Part shown: positions 6,330 through 14,879 of the stretch, piece by piece
Numbering within the stretch: position 1 is the first letter of the stretch
Layout of the letters: every line of letters begins with the position of its first letter
NCBI GenBank assembly: GCA_038826135.1
Contig: JAWBON010000028.1
Coordinates: forward strand, 1 to 15,984
Reading direction: 5' to 3'
From: Candidatus Odinarchaeota archaeon
GTDB lineage: Archaea; Asgardarchaeota; Odinarchaeia; Odinarchaeales; Odinarchaeaceae
DNA length: 15,984 bases
Position numbers and translations under genes: made by a program
The notes under the pieces: model-generated
The model's database searches: none
Seen by the model: only the letters and a program-made list of their open reading frames with translations
What the model was told of the DNA's origin: nothing

Positions 6330-6341
6330 AAAAATTTATAT
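6330..6341 (+). promoter_or_regulatory. Putative BRE/TATA element upstream of the CoA-binding protein gene
   Basis: Third copy of AAAAATTTATAT, about 65 nt before the ATG at 6407. Confidence 0.4.
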
Positions 6342-6406
6342 TTAATAGGAAGCGGGCTTAAAAAAGTTAAAATATATTCTAAACTTTCAATATATTGGTG
6401 AAGTGA

Positions 6407-6856
6407 ATGAGTAAAAAAGGCGTATCTCAAATTTTAACCATGGGATCAGATGAAATTCAAAAAATACTTTATAAAGCCAAGGTTATCGCCGTTGTAGGTA
6501 TGTCAAGGGATCAGAGTAAACTGGCGCATATAATACCTAAATACTTACGAGAACATGGTTATCAGGTCATACCTATCAACCCTAATGCAAAAGAAATTCT
6601 AGGATTAAAATCTTATAGCACGCTTGATGAAGTCCCAAGCGATGTGAAAATAGATATTTTAGAAATTTTCAGGCCTCCGGAAGAGATACCTGGTTTAGTT
6701 GAAGCTGCGCATAAAAGGAATATCCCTGTTGTATGGTTACAGGTAGGGTTGAGAAGTAGGGAGGCTGCGGAGAAAGCTGCTAAATACGGTATAATATTCA
6801 TAGAGAATCTGTGCATACGGAGAGAGCATATGTTAATGATGGGCACATTCTTCTAG
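6407..6856 (+). CDS. CoA-binding protein (YccU-like Rossmann fold)
   Basis: IAVVGMSRDQSK...GYQVIPINP...ILGLKSYSTLDEVP...IDILEIFRPP...VWLQVG...FIENLCIRREH. SD GGTGA upstream. Confidence 0.93.
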   Translation: MSKKGVSQILTMGSDEIQKILYKAKVIAVVGMSRDQSKLAHIIPKYLREHGYQVIPINPNAKEILGLKSYSTLDEVPSDVKIDILEIFRPPEEIPGLVEAAHKRNIPVVWLQVGLRSREAAEKAAKYGIIFIENLCIRREHMLMMGTFF

Positions 6857-7011
6857 AGACACTGCATAGTTGAAATTAGGAATTAAAGTGTTTTCAGCCT
6901 TCAAAAACAATTCATTCTATGATTGTTAAATCATAGCGTCTTACTGGAATTCACATATTCTTAAGGAGTTTATTCAAGTATACAGCAACCAGTAGGTTTC
7001 GTAAAAATATA

Positions 7012-7932
7012 TTACAATCTTTTTATAATATTCAGTCTTCTTTGAACCTCACTAAGGGTCATGTCGAATTCAGGGCCCGTATACTCTACCATTATAGATG
7101 ATGCTGCTGACGCAAAGTAGGCTGCTTCTAAAAGACTGGCCCCTTTTAAAAGCTGCGTTATAAACGCTCCAGCGTAACTATCACCAGCCCCCGTGGGATC
7201 CCGGGCGAAAGTTTGGTAGGGTGGAATTCTGAAAACACCATCCTTAAAGGCTATTATTGAACCTCTATCACCTAAGGTTACTATTGCCACTTTTCCCCCG
7301 CACCATTCCATGAATAAGCGAGCGGATTTAAATGGATCCTTTAATCCGCTTATAGCCTCAGCTTCAAATTCATTAGGTTTAACGATGTCAACTACACCTA
7401 TTATCTCACGAACAGTGTCTATGTTAAAAACTTTTTCCACCATGCCGTCGGAGCCGACTCTACGGATAAGGCCTTGAGGATCAAGAAAGATTTTCGCCTT
7501 ACTTATTCTCTTCACCGCCTTTATAAAATCCAAGTCAATCTCGTTTAATATAGGCCCGAGCAGTATAAACTTAGAATTTCGTAAAGCTTCAACAGTTTTA
7601 TTTGAAAGAGTTTCAAACAATATTTTCCCAGCTACACCTAAGACTTGAAGCGTTCTATCCCCGTTTTCTAAATATACCAGTTTAAATCCGCCGGTATTAT
7701 CACTCTTTAAAACCTGTAAGTCCTCAACACCGAATCTTCTAATATCTTTAATAAATCTTTCATGATAATCTAATCCAACACAACCAATAAGTCCAACCCG
7801 GTTTACCCCAAGTTTTTTAGCTACTAATGCAGCGTTTGTACTACATCCAGATAGAACCCGCCCGTTCGTTGAAATATATGGAGTTATTATTTCATCATAT
7901 ACAGGGTTCCCTATCGCTACCAGATCGAACAT
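7012..7932 (-). CDS. PfkB/ribokinase-family kinase, probably of the myo-inositol kinase subgroup
   Basis: GNPVYD, SGCSTNAA, VKPNEFEA, TLGDRGS and DPTGAGDSYAGAF (anion hole/catalytic Asp) motifs, plus a DPQGLIR motif. ATG 7932 follows the upstream stop by 1 nt; GTG 7941 is the alternative start. Confidence 0.9.
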   Translation of the reverse strand: MFDLVAIGNPVYDEIITPYISTNGRVLSGCSTNAALVAKKLGVNRVGLIGCVGLDYHERFIKDIRRFGVEDLQVLKSDNTGGFKLVYLENGDRTLQVLGVAGKILFETLSNKTVEALRNSKFILLGPILNEIDLDFIKAVKRISKAKIFLDPQGLIRRVGSDGMVEKVFNIDTVREIIGVVDIVKPNEFEAEAISGLKDPFKSARLFMEWCGGKVAIVTLGDRGSIIAFKDGVFRIPPYQTFARDPTGAGDSYAGAFITQLLKGASLLEAAYFASAASSIMVEYTGPEFDMTLSEVQRRLNIIKRL

Positions 7933-7933
7933 A

Positions 7934-8539
7934 TCACTCACCCTGGGTCATACTCCAAGTATATTTAAGACGTTGCACTACGGTGATCTGAGATAAGATG
8001 GCAATCAGTAACAGGCAGATGTCTAGGATTGTATAATCTAAAATTACAGGTAAACTGTAAAAGTAGGTTAGTAAACAACCAATTATGAGAATTAAAAGCT
8101 TTTCCTGCCTTTCAGCTATACCCACTGTGCATTTATCTAGTTTGCCAACAGATTCAGCTTTAGCACGTACGAAACTTGCCATAATCATACTGAATATAGC
8201 TACAAAAGGTATATACCATGTCGAATATATGCTGAACGCTATGCCGAAAACTATACTAAATTCAGCATACCTATCTAGCAGATGATCCCATACAGCGCCG
8301 AATCTTGTAGCTCTTCCAGTAGCTCTTGCAACAGCTCCATCTAACATGTCAACTAACCCTGTTAACACTATGAATAAGACGCCTAAAACCAGCTGGTTAA
8401 AAGCTAGAAGCAGCCCAGCGCAGATGCTTACAATAAAACTTATAAACGTTATAATATTAGGGGTTAAACCTAGTTTTGAAAAAGCCTCACCCACTGGCAT
8501 CATCATCTTCTGATATTTTTCTCTTAATTTACCGAACAT
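7934..8539 (-). CDS. CDP-alcohol phosphatidyltransferase, likely archaetidylinositol-phosphate synthase (AIPS/PgsA-like)
   Basis: LTPNIIT, the signature DMLDGAVARATGRATRFGAVWDHLLDR, SFVRAKAE and GIAERQE, with multiple TM segments. ATG 8539 has a GGTG SD; 8563 is the alternative start. Confidence 0.9.
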   Translation of the reverse strand: MFGKLREKYQKMMMPVGEAFSKLGLTPNIITFISFIVSICAGLLLAFNQLVLGVLFIVLTGLVDMLDGAVARATGRATRFGAVWDHLLDRYAEFSIVFGIAFSIYSTWYIPFVAIFSMIMASFVRAKAESVGKLDKCTVGIAERQEKLLILIIGCLLTYFYSLPVILDYTILDICLLLIAILSQITVVQRLKYTWSMTQGE

Positions 8540-8667
8540 AATAACACCGTAAACATCATTCACTAGCTATATTTTTAAACAATATGTTACTTGGTTTAAT
8601 AGATGATTATTCATTTTCCGATAGGTGTAAAAAGACTATTTAAATCAATCTTTATTAAGTGATAGTA

Positions 8668-10323
8668 ATGGATGACGGAAAACTCTGGGTAGATGAAATT
8701 GTTAACGAAATATTGGAGCGCGGAGCAGATAAGATTATAATTAACTCGGGTAAATCAATAAGCGGTCGAATACATATTGGAATATTCAGAGAGCTTTTCA
8801 TCTGCGATAGTTTAACAAGGATTCTAGAGAAAAAAGGCTGTAATGTAGAATTCTATTTTATATTGGATGATTACGATCCAGCTAAACGGTTCCCACCTTA
8901 CATTCCCGCCCATTATGATAAATATACAGGTGTTCCCTTCTCTGATATACCAAGCCCGTTCAGTAGCGGTGAATCATACGCTGAGTTTTTCGCTAACGAG
9001 TTGATTTCCACCTTCCCCTCATTTGGATTAAACCCTAAAATTTTATGGACTTCCAAGTTATATAGCAAACCAGAGATGAAGAATATAATCAGAACCGTGA
9101 TTAACAGAGTTGACGAAATCAGGAGTATACTCGTAAGCTATGTCGGTGAAACACTAAGCGGAGAAGATGCGGAAGAATACAAAAAAGAGATAGCTGGGAG
9201 ATACCCTGTAAGCGTGGTTTGCAAAAAATGCGGTAAAATGCAAATAATTGAGAAAGGCAGAATTATTCCGAATAGAATGTTGGATTATGTTAAGGAAACT
9301 GATGAAGTGGTTTATTTCTGTCATTCATGTAAAGAAGAATTCAAGGAAAAACTTGAATCCGCGCGTTTAAAATTAACCTGGAGAGTTGACTGGCCTGCTA
9401 AATGGTTCCTGCTAAAAGTAACATGTGAACCAGCGGGCAAAGACCACACCGTTAAAGGGGGAGCTTATGACACAGGGCTTCGGATATGCAGAGACATATT
9501 CGGTTACGAAGGCCCTGTTAAGGTAAGTTATGAATGGCTAAGATACGGGGATGTGGATATGAAGACACATAAGGGTATTGTTTTCACTCCCGGAGAATAC
9601 TTGGACATAGGGCCTCCTGAAGTCCTAAGATATTTGATAATCAGAACACCCCCCACTAAACATATAAGTTTCCGACCTGAACTTCTACCCCAGTACATAG
9701 ATGAGTACGAGAGAGTTGAGCGACTGTTCTTTAATCAGGAACCTGATGCAGGTGTCGAAGAGAAATATGAGGCGGATACACTTTACCCACTAACACTTAT
9801 CGACTATAAGTTACAGAGATTAAAACCGAGGTTACCTTTCAGGTTCGCGATCATATTCTCACAGTTAAAAGAGATTATGAGCTGGCGGAAAATACTGGAT
9901 AAAGCTCAAGATGTTGTTAAAAAAATATATAAAACAGAGCATATAACAGATAGCACGTTGAAAGAGATAGAGGATACGATAAGAAAAGGGGAGAGATGGG
10001 TTTTAAAGTACGCGCCTGAAAACTATAAGATAAATATTTCAAACACTGTAAGCGAGGATATTAAAAAAAGCCTCACAGAAACTCAAAAAAACTTTATTAA
10101 AAAAATTATTGAACTACTATTAAATACAGAGTTAACAGAGGAGACAGTTCAGAATCAAATATTTAATATTATAAGAAATATTCAAGGACTAGATGTTAAA
10201 AAAGGTTTTGAAACAATATATATGATAATTCTCGGTAAAAAATTCGGGCCTAGACTGGGCTCATTCATACTATCACTAGACAGAGACTGGTTAATTAAAA
10301 GATTAAAAACCGTGTTAACGTAA
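8668..10323 (+). CDS. lysS: Class I lysyl-tRNA synthetase
   Basis: SGKSISGRIHIGIFRE (HIGH region), DDYDP, CxxC pairs (CKKC, CHSC), KLTWRVDWPAKW, EPAGKDH...GG and C-terminal GPRLG. ATG 8668 preferred over GTG 8659. Confidence 0.97.
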   Translation: MDDGKLWVDEIVNEILERGADKIIINSGKSISGRIHIGIFRELFICDSLTRILEKKGCNVEFYFILDDYDPAKRFPPYIPAHYDKYTGVPFSDIPSPFSSGESYAEFFANELISTFPSFGLNPKILWTSKLYSKPEMKNIIRTVINRVDEIRSILVSYVGETLSGEDAEEYKKEIAGRYPVSVVCKKCGKMQIIEKGRIIPNRMLDYVKETDEVVYFCHSCKEEFKEKLESARLKLTWRVDWPAKWFLLKVTCEPAGKDHTVKGGAYDTGLRICRDIFGYEGPVKVSYEWLRYGDVDMKTHKGIVFTPGEYLDIGPPEVLRYLIIRTPPTKHISFRPELLPQYIDEYERVERLFFNQEPDAGVEEKYEADTLYPLTLIDYKLQRLKPRLPFRFAIIFSQLKEIMSWRKILDKAQDVVKKIYKTEHITDSTLKEIEDTIRKGERWVLKYAPENYKINISNTVSEDIKKSLTETQKNFIKKIIELLLNTELTEETVQNQIFNIIRNIQGLDVKKGFETIYMIILGKKFGPRLGSFILSLDRDWLIKRLKTVLT

Positions 10324-10337
10324 ACTGGTGGAGAATT

Positions 10338-10568
10338 ATGGCAAAAATAATATCATATATTTTAATAACAACTAAAATAGGTAAAGAACATGAAATAGCT
10401 GAATTAACTAGAAAAATCAGAGGAGTAACTGAAAGCCTTATAGTTTACGGTCAATTTGACCTAATCGTCCGCATAGAAACATCTGATCTCCAAGAATTAG
10501 ATCAAGCCGTCACTTTAATAAGAAAAATGGAGGGCGTTGAACAGACAAGCACATTAATATCATCATAA
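10338..10568 (+). CDS. Stand-alone Lrp/AsnC ligand-binding domain protein, no HTH
   Basis: SYILITTKIGKEHEI...GVTESLIVYGQFDLIVRI...MEGVEQTSTLI. SD GGTGGAG; 14 nt downstream of lysS. Confidence 0.9.
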   Translation: MAKIISYILITTKIGKEHEIAELTRKIRGVTESLIVYGQFDLIVRIETSDLQELDQAVTLIRKMEGVEQTSTLISS

Positions 10569-10591
10569 GATAAAGATATTGGGTTCAAAAA

Positions 10592-10885
10592 TTATCCGAG
10601 GAATTTTCTAACAGCCACATCCCCCTTATCTCCTTTAACTACACCTAAACAGCTTGCAGCGCTTGTTAAATCCTGAACAGCTGAGTTTAACATATCCTCA
10701 AAACTGCTAACACCTCTAACAACAGCCACAGGGGCATTGAATTTTTCAGCCACCTTTAAGTCAAAATAGCCACATGACAGTATACCCTTCTCCCCTATTA
10801 TTAAAAGGAGAGGAGGGGATATCGCATCAACCTTTACGCCTACCGCTCTTTTACCGTCGACAACAATAGATTTAACCAAAAACAT
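10592..10885 (-). CDS. YunC/DUF1805 family protein
   Basis: PLLLIIGEKGILSCGYFDLKVAEKF...AVVRGVSSFEDML...A..LGV..G is the family pattern. Confidence 0.88.
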   Translation of the reverse strand: MFLVKSIVVDGKRAVGVKVDAISPPLLLIIGEKGILSCGYFDLKVAEKFNAPVAVVRGVSSFEDMLNSAVQDLTSAASCLGVVKGDKGDVAVRKFLG

Positions 10886-10970
10886 TTAACATCACCGTAA
10901 ACTATTAAATAAGATAATAAATTAGATTATGTTATATTAGTTGTAGTGGAACTATTTAACGGTGTTACTT

Positions 10971-12347
10971 ATGCCAAAGGCTCTAGCATTGTTAAAATGG
11001 GATAATGTGATGGGGGCTGTTCTAGATACTAGGGTTCCAGCCAATTACAACGTCAACGACGAGGAAATTATGAGAATATACATGTCGCATACAATCGGCA
11101 ATGCTGAAGCCCACCCTGTGTTAACGATGAAGCTCGGCGAGTTAAATGTAGCCAGCAAATTTGTAAAACTAGCTAACGGCGAACAGCTTGTGGTTGTATT
11201 CTTCTTAAAAGAAGATGAGCCTGCGGATAAATTCACTAGAATACTTGATGAAGTATCGGACGGAATAATCAACCGAAGAGGAACAGAGGGATTCGAAGAT
11301 TATTTAAAAGATTTACTTGAAACAGTTGAAGCTCAGATAAGACTGGAAGAGGAGATTCCTAGAAAAATATTAGCAGAGTACGGTCTTAGCAGAGAGGAGA
11401 CTGAAGCGTATCTTGCCATGGTTGATAAAGGCCCTATTTCAATCGGTGAAATCGGCTTATACGCTAATGTTCAAGAGACTCAGGCTTCGGGGATAGCGGA
11501 CAGATTACTTAAACTAGGCTTATTAAAATCCATTCCCGGCACTAGGAGATATTTTCAAGCAATACCCCCCTACACAGCTCTTTTAAAACAACTAGGAGAT
11601 TTTAGAGAGTTCCTAGGCTCCATACACAGCGCTGTGCCAACAGTGCTAGCGGAACAATTCCAGCTCTTCGAAGAAGAGGTGAATAATGTTAAATCAAAAA
11701 TATCTAAGGCTTTTGAAGACCAGCTTAAAATGAAGGTTTTCAAAACATTCATAGAGAATATGGTTCAAAACATTGTAGGAAAAGAACTTGACCAGTTAAA
11801 AAATCTCTTCCAAGAAAGAGTTATAGAAGCTTTAAAGGATATAATAACAAACATAGACGGGCATATATCAGTATCCGAGGACACTATGTCAGCGTTATGG
11901 AAGAGAGCTAAATCCACTATAACGTTCAAATTCACAGACGTATGGTTTGTAACAGGTAGAGAGGGGTTCAAGGCTCAAATATCAGATATGTTAAGCAGAG
12001 CTAAAACAAGAATACTAATAGTCACACCTGAGTTAAAGGATCTCGAACCAAGTTACTTCGCGAATTTAAAGGAGTGGGTTAACGTTAGAATATCTACGAA
12101 CATGAACCCCAATAACGGAGAGGATAAGAAAATCTACGAGGAACTGACTAAAAACCCGAATATTAGCATAAAACTCTATTCTAGAAAAGACCTCTGGGCT
12201 ATGGATAAGGATCGGGAGGAGATCCTCATAGGCGCTGTCGCGGAGCAGGGTACACCCGTGGGAATAGCATCCATTGTACCAGAGCATATCAGAATGTTTA
12301 TGCCTATAATTGAACAAGCCTGGGTGGAGGCGCGTAAACTTATTTAA
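10971..12347 (+). CDS. TrmB-like protein (wHTH, helical insert, PLD-like C-terminal domain) with an extra N-terminal longin/uDENN-like domain
   Basis: aa ~137-203 LAEYGLSREETEAYLAMV...LLKLGLLKSIPGTRRYFQAIPP match the TrmB N-terminal HTH. aa ~326-461 VWFVTGREG...AKTRILIVTP match the TrmB effector/PLD-like fold. aa 4-125 are longin-like. The GTG at 10962 is really the SD (GGTG) of ATG 10971. Confidence 0.7.
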   Translation: MPKALALLKWDNVMGAVLDTRVPANYNVNDEEIMRIYMSHTIGNAEAHPVLTMKLGELNVASKFVKLANGEQLVVVFFLKEDEPADKFTRILDEVSDGIINRRGTEGFEDYLKDLLETVEAQIRLEEEIPRKILAEYGLSREETEAYLAMVDKGPISIGEIGLYANVQETQASGIADRLLKLGLLKSIPGTRRYFQAIPPYTALLKQLGDFREFLGSIHSAVPTVLAEQFQLFEEEVNNVKSKISKAFEDQLKMKVFKTFIENMVQNIVGKELDQLKNLFQERVIEALKDIITNIDGHISVSEDTMSALWKRAKSTITFKFTDVWFVTGREGFKAQISDMLSRAKTRILIVTPELKDLEPSYFANLKEWVNVRISTNMNPNNGEDKKIYEELTKNPNISIKLYSRKDLWAMDKDREEILIGAVAEQGTPVGIASIVPEHIRMFMPIIEQAWVEARKLI

Positions 12348-12360
12348 TGAAGGGGATAAT

Positions 12361-12798
12361 ATGAGGTTCCTACTCATCCATGCTAAAACTATGAAGTACA
12401 GGGTTACAAAAGAAGTTAAAATATCCGCGAAAGACCCTGCGGATGAAGAGGGCACATGGTTTGAATTTAAAAATGTTTTAGTAGCTTTCACTGCAGTTGA
12501 AGGGTCTGATGAAACTGATCCAGAGGGGATAGCGGAAAAAGGCGTTAAAGAGTTACTCCAAGTAAATGAAAAGATAAAAGCGGAGAGAATTTTAGTCTAC
12601 CCTTATGCTCACTTATTCGCAGACCAGCTTGCAAAACCTAAAATCGCAATACAGATCCTAAGCCTACTAGAGGAGAAACTCAAAGAAGAGAATGTGGAAG
12701 CGTATCGAGCTCCATTCGGCTGGTATAAAGAGTTTAATATTCACTGCCTCGGACACCCGCTCTCAGAAAGCTCAAGAACAGTCTCACTAACCGGTTGA
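12361..12798 (+). CDS. Free-standing archaeal threonyl-tRNA synthetase editing domain (DTD-like fold)
   Basis: MRFLLIHA, LVAFTAVE..D, ILVYPYAHL, RAPFGWYKEF and GHPLSESSR motifs; 145 aa, ending after the editing domain. SD GAAGGGGA before ATG 12361, which also removes the overlap with the upstream gene. Confidence 0.93.
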   Translation: MRFLLIHAKTMKYRVTKEVKISAKDPADEEGTWFEFKNVLVAFTAVEGSDETDPEGIAEKGVKELLQVNEKIKAERILVYPYAHLFADQLAKPKIAIQILSLLEEKLKEENVEAYRAPFGWYKEFNIHCLGHPLSESSRTVSLTG

Positions 12799-12945
12799 AA
12801 AGCATTTCAAAATTCCGCTGTTAAACAAGCCTATATTCCTAGAACTATCACTAATTTTTTATTACAGATTAACTGGGATAATATAAGCACCAACATGGAG
12901 CTGAGAATAAGATAACAGCTTACAAATAAACAGAGAGGCTTTAAC

Positions 12946-14010
12946 TTGAATAGAATTAACAAGTTTAAGAAAATAATAGAGGAAAAAGAAATTAATAATT
13001 TCCTTATAAACTCCCCTAGCAATATCTATTATATAACCGGCTTTCATCCAACCACTGAAGCCTATCTTCTATATACAAAGGGTTACGGTTTCGAACTCCA
13101 CGTTACAGAAATAGACTATCAGGAAGCGAAGGATTTAGAGAAAGACTTCACAGTTATTAAAACACCGATTGAATTAACGATCAGCGACCACATGAAAAAA
13201 AGATTAGAAACTCTAGAAGGGGAAGTATACTTAGAGTACACTTATCTAAATTACGCTCTCTTCAATAAATTTTTCATAAACAATAAAAAAGTGAATTTCT
13301 CAAACGGTGACGAGCTAATTACATCGATGAGAGAGGTGAAAGACAGAGGCGAGCTTGAAAAGATCACTAAAGCTATTAAAATAACTGAGAAAGCTGTCAC
13401 AACAGCTCAAATAAATATCCGTCAAGGAAAAACAGAGTTAGAAATAGCTGCTGAAGCGGAATACGAAATGAGGCGAAACGGCGCCGACTGGTTCGCTTTC
13501 GAAAGCTTAATCATAGCTGGTTCAAGAACCGCAAACCCGCATGCGAAAAGTACGATAAACAAGTTGAATAAAGGCGATACAGTAATAGTAGACATAGGAT
13601 GCAAATATGAAGGATACTGCGCAGACATAACAAGAACATTCACTGTGGGAGAGGCAGACAACCGGCAAAGAGAGATATATGGGTTAGTTAAAGAGGCTCA
13701 GGAACTGGCTTTAGAAAAAATCAAGCCTGGAGTTAAAGCAAGCTTTATAGATTTAACAGCCCGCGAATTTTTAAAGGAGAAAGGGTATGATAAATATTTC
13801 ATACACACTTTAGGACACGGCTTAGGTTTAGACGTTCATGAAGCCCCGTCAATTTCTTTCAGAAATCATGAAGAAATAAAACAGGGAAATGTGATAACAA
13901 TCGAGCCTGGAATTTACATTCCAGGTTGGGGTGGTATAAGAATAGAGGACATCGTGGTTGTTGAGGGAGAGGGTGCTAGAATACTCAGCAACCTACCAAA
14001 AGCGATTTAA
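12946..14010 (+). CDS. pepQ: Xaa-Pro aminopeptidase/prolidase (peptidase M24B)
   Basis: Creatinase-like N-terminal domain; metal ligands in DIGCKYEGYCADITRT, HTLGHGLGLDVHE, TIEPGIY and IRIED. TTG start with GAGAGG SD. Confidence 0.93.
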   Translation: MNRINKFKKIIEEKEINNFLINSPSNIYYITGFHPTTEAYLLYTKGYGFELHVTEIDYQEAKDLEKDFTVIKTPIELTISDHMKKRLETLEGEVYLEYTYLNYALFNKFFINNKKVNFSNGDELITSMREVKDRGELEKITKAIKITEKAVTTAQINIRQGKTELEIAAEAEYEMRRNGADWFAFESLIIAGSRTANPHAKSTINKLNKGDTVIVDIGCKYEGYCADITRTFTVGEADNRQREIYGLVKEAQELALEKIKPGVKASFIDLTAREFLKEKGYDKYFIHTLGHGLGLDVHEAPSISFRNHEEIKQGNVITIEPGIYIPGWGGIRIEDIVVVEGEGARILSNLPKAI

Positions 14011-14111
14011 GAGGGAATCGCTACAATAGTATCGGGATCAACTGGCTAATAATAAGCGCCTGAAGACTTACAATTATTTTAAGCAGTTGCTCTTACAAGA
14101 GGTTTAATTGA

Positions 14112-14879
14112 ATGGTTGATTTACTTAGCCCAATCTATAAAATTTATAAATGGAAGCTATGGAGGCAGATAAAAAACGGGGAAATGCCACAGCATATAGG
14201 GGTAATATTAGACGGTAACAGAAGATATGCGCGGGAAAGAGGGTTAAACCCCCTCCTAGGTCATAGAATAGGGGCTGAAAAGGTCCGAGATTTTTTAAAA
14301 TGGTGCTGGCATCTCAACATTCAAGTAGTAACCTTATACGCGCTATCCGTGGAAAATCTTCAACGCGATCGAGAGGAAGTTGAACACATATTTGAAATAG
14401 CCCGGGAGAAATTTCAAGAGTTACTCACCGATCCGAGTATTAAAAAAAACCAGGTTCGTGTGAGAGCATTAGGGAGGAGAGAGTTGTTAAGCAAAACCCT
14501 CCTACCAGTAATCGAGGAGGCTGAGAGAACAACAGAAAACTATAATAAACACTTCTTAAACATAGCACTCGGTTACAGTGGAAGAGGAGAGTTAACCGAT
14601 GCTCTTAGAAAAATATCCGACCAAATAACGAAAGGTGTTTTAAAACCTGCGGATATTACAGAAGACCTTATAAGCAAACACCTATACACAGCGGGTTTAC
14701 CGGATCCTGATCTAATAATTAGAACATCAGGAGAGGAGCGCTTATCAAATTTCTTATTATGGCAGTCAGCATACTCTGAATTATATTTCTGCGATGTTTA
14801 CTGGCCTGAAGTTAGAGAAATAGATCTTTGGAGAGCGATCAGAATATATCAGAAGAGGAAAAGAAGATTTGGTAAGTAG
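14112..14879 (+). CDS. uppS: cis-prenyltransferase (undecaprenyl/polyprenyl diphosphate synthase)
   Basis: PQHIGVILDGNRRYA, YALSVENLQR, YSGRGE, PDPDLIIRTSGEERLSNFLLWQSAYSELYF and a C-terminal RRFG (RxG) motif. Confidence 0.96.
   Translation: MVDLLSPIYKIYKWKLWRQIKNGEMPQHIGVILDGNRRYARERGLNPLLGHRIGAEKVRDFLKWCWHLNIQVVTLYALSVENLQRDREEVEHIFEIAREKFQELLTDPSIKKNQVRVRALGRRELLSKTLLPVIEEAERTTENYNKHFLNIALGYSGRGELTDALRKISDQITKGVLKPADITEDLISKHLYTAGLPDPDLIIRTSGEERLSNFLLWQSAYSELYFCDVYWPEVREIDLWRAIRIYQKRKRRFGK

Noticed and set aside
6363-6387. AAAGTT...AACTTT inverted repeat resembling the one at 5761-5778, as a shared operator
   Set aside because: The spacers differ (13 vs 6 nt) and both copies are explained by AT-rich promoter sequence.
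5962-8285. ORFs 5962..6243(-), 6613..6846(-) and 8085..8285(+)
   Set aside because: Antisense shadows of rpl13e, the CoA-binding gene and the CDP-alcohol phosphatidyltransferase. Their hydrophobic look comes from reverse-reading Lys/Glu codons.
12310-12360. ORF-track TTG start for the editing-domain protein
   Set aside because: It overlaps the end of the upstream gene. The family N-terminus (MRFLLIH) starts at 12361, after a strong SD.
12796-12915. In-frame TGA followed by 38 open codons after the ThrRS editing domain (possible Sec readthrough or broken thrS)
   Set aside because: The extension (KAFQNSAVKQAYIPR...) does not resemble the ThrRS linker or catalytic domain, has no redox motif or evident SECIS, and an open run this long is plausible by chance.
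11045-13661. Minus-strand ORFs 11045..11272, 11570..11752, 11765..11971, 12066..12491, 12831..13022, 12862..13047 and 13422..13661
   Set aside because: They overlap confidently assigned plus-strand genes and show no motifs or SD support.
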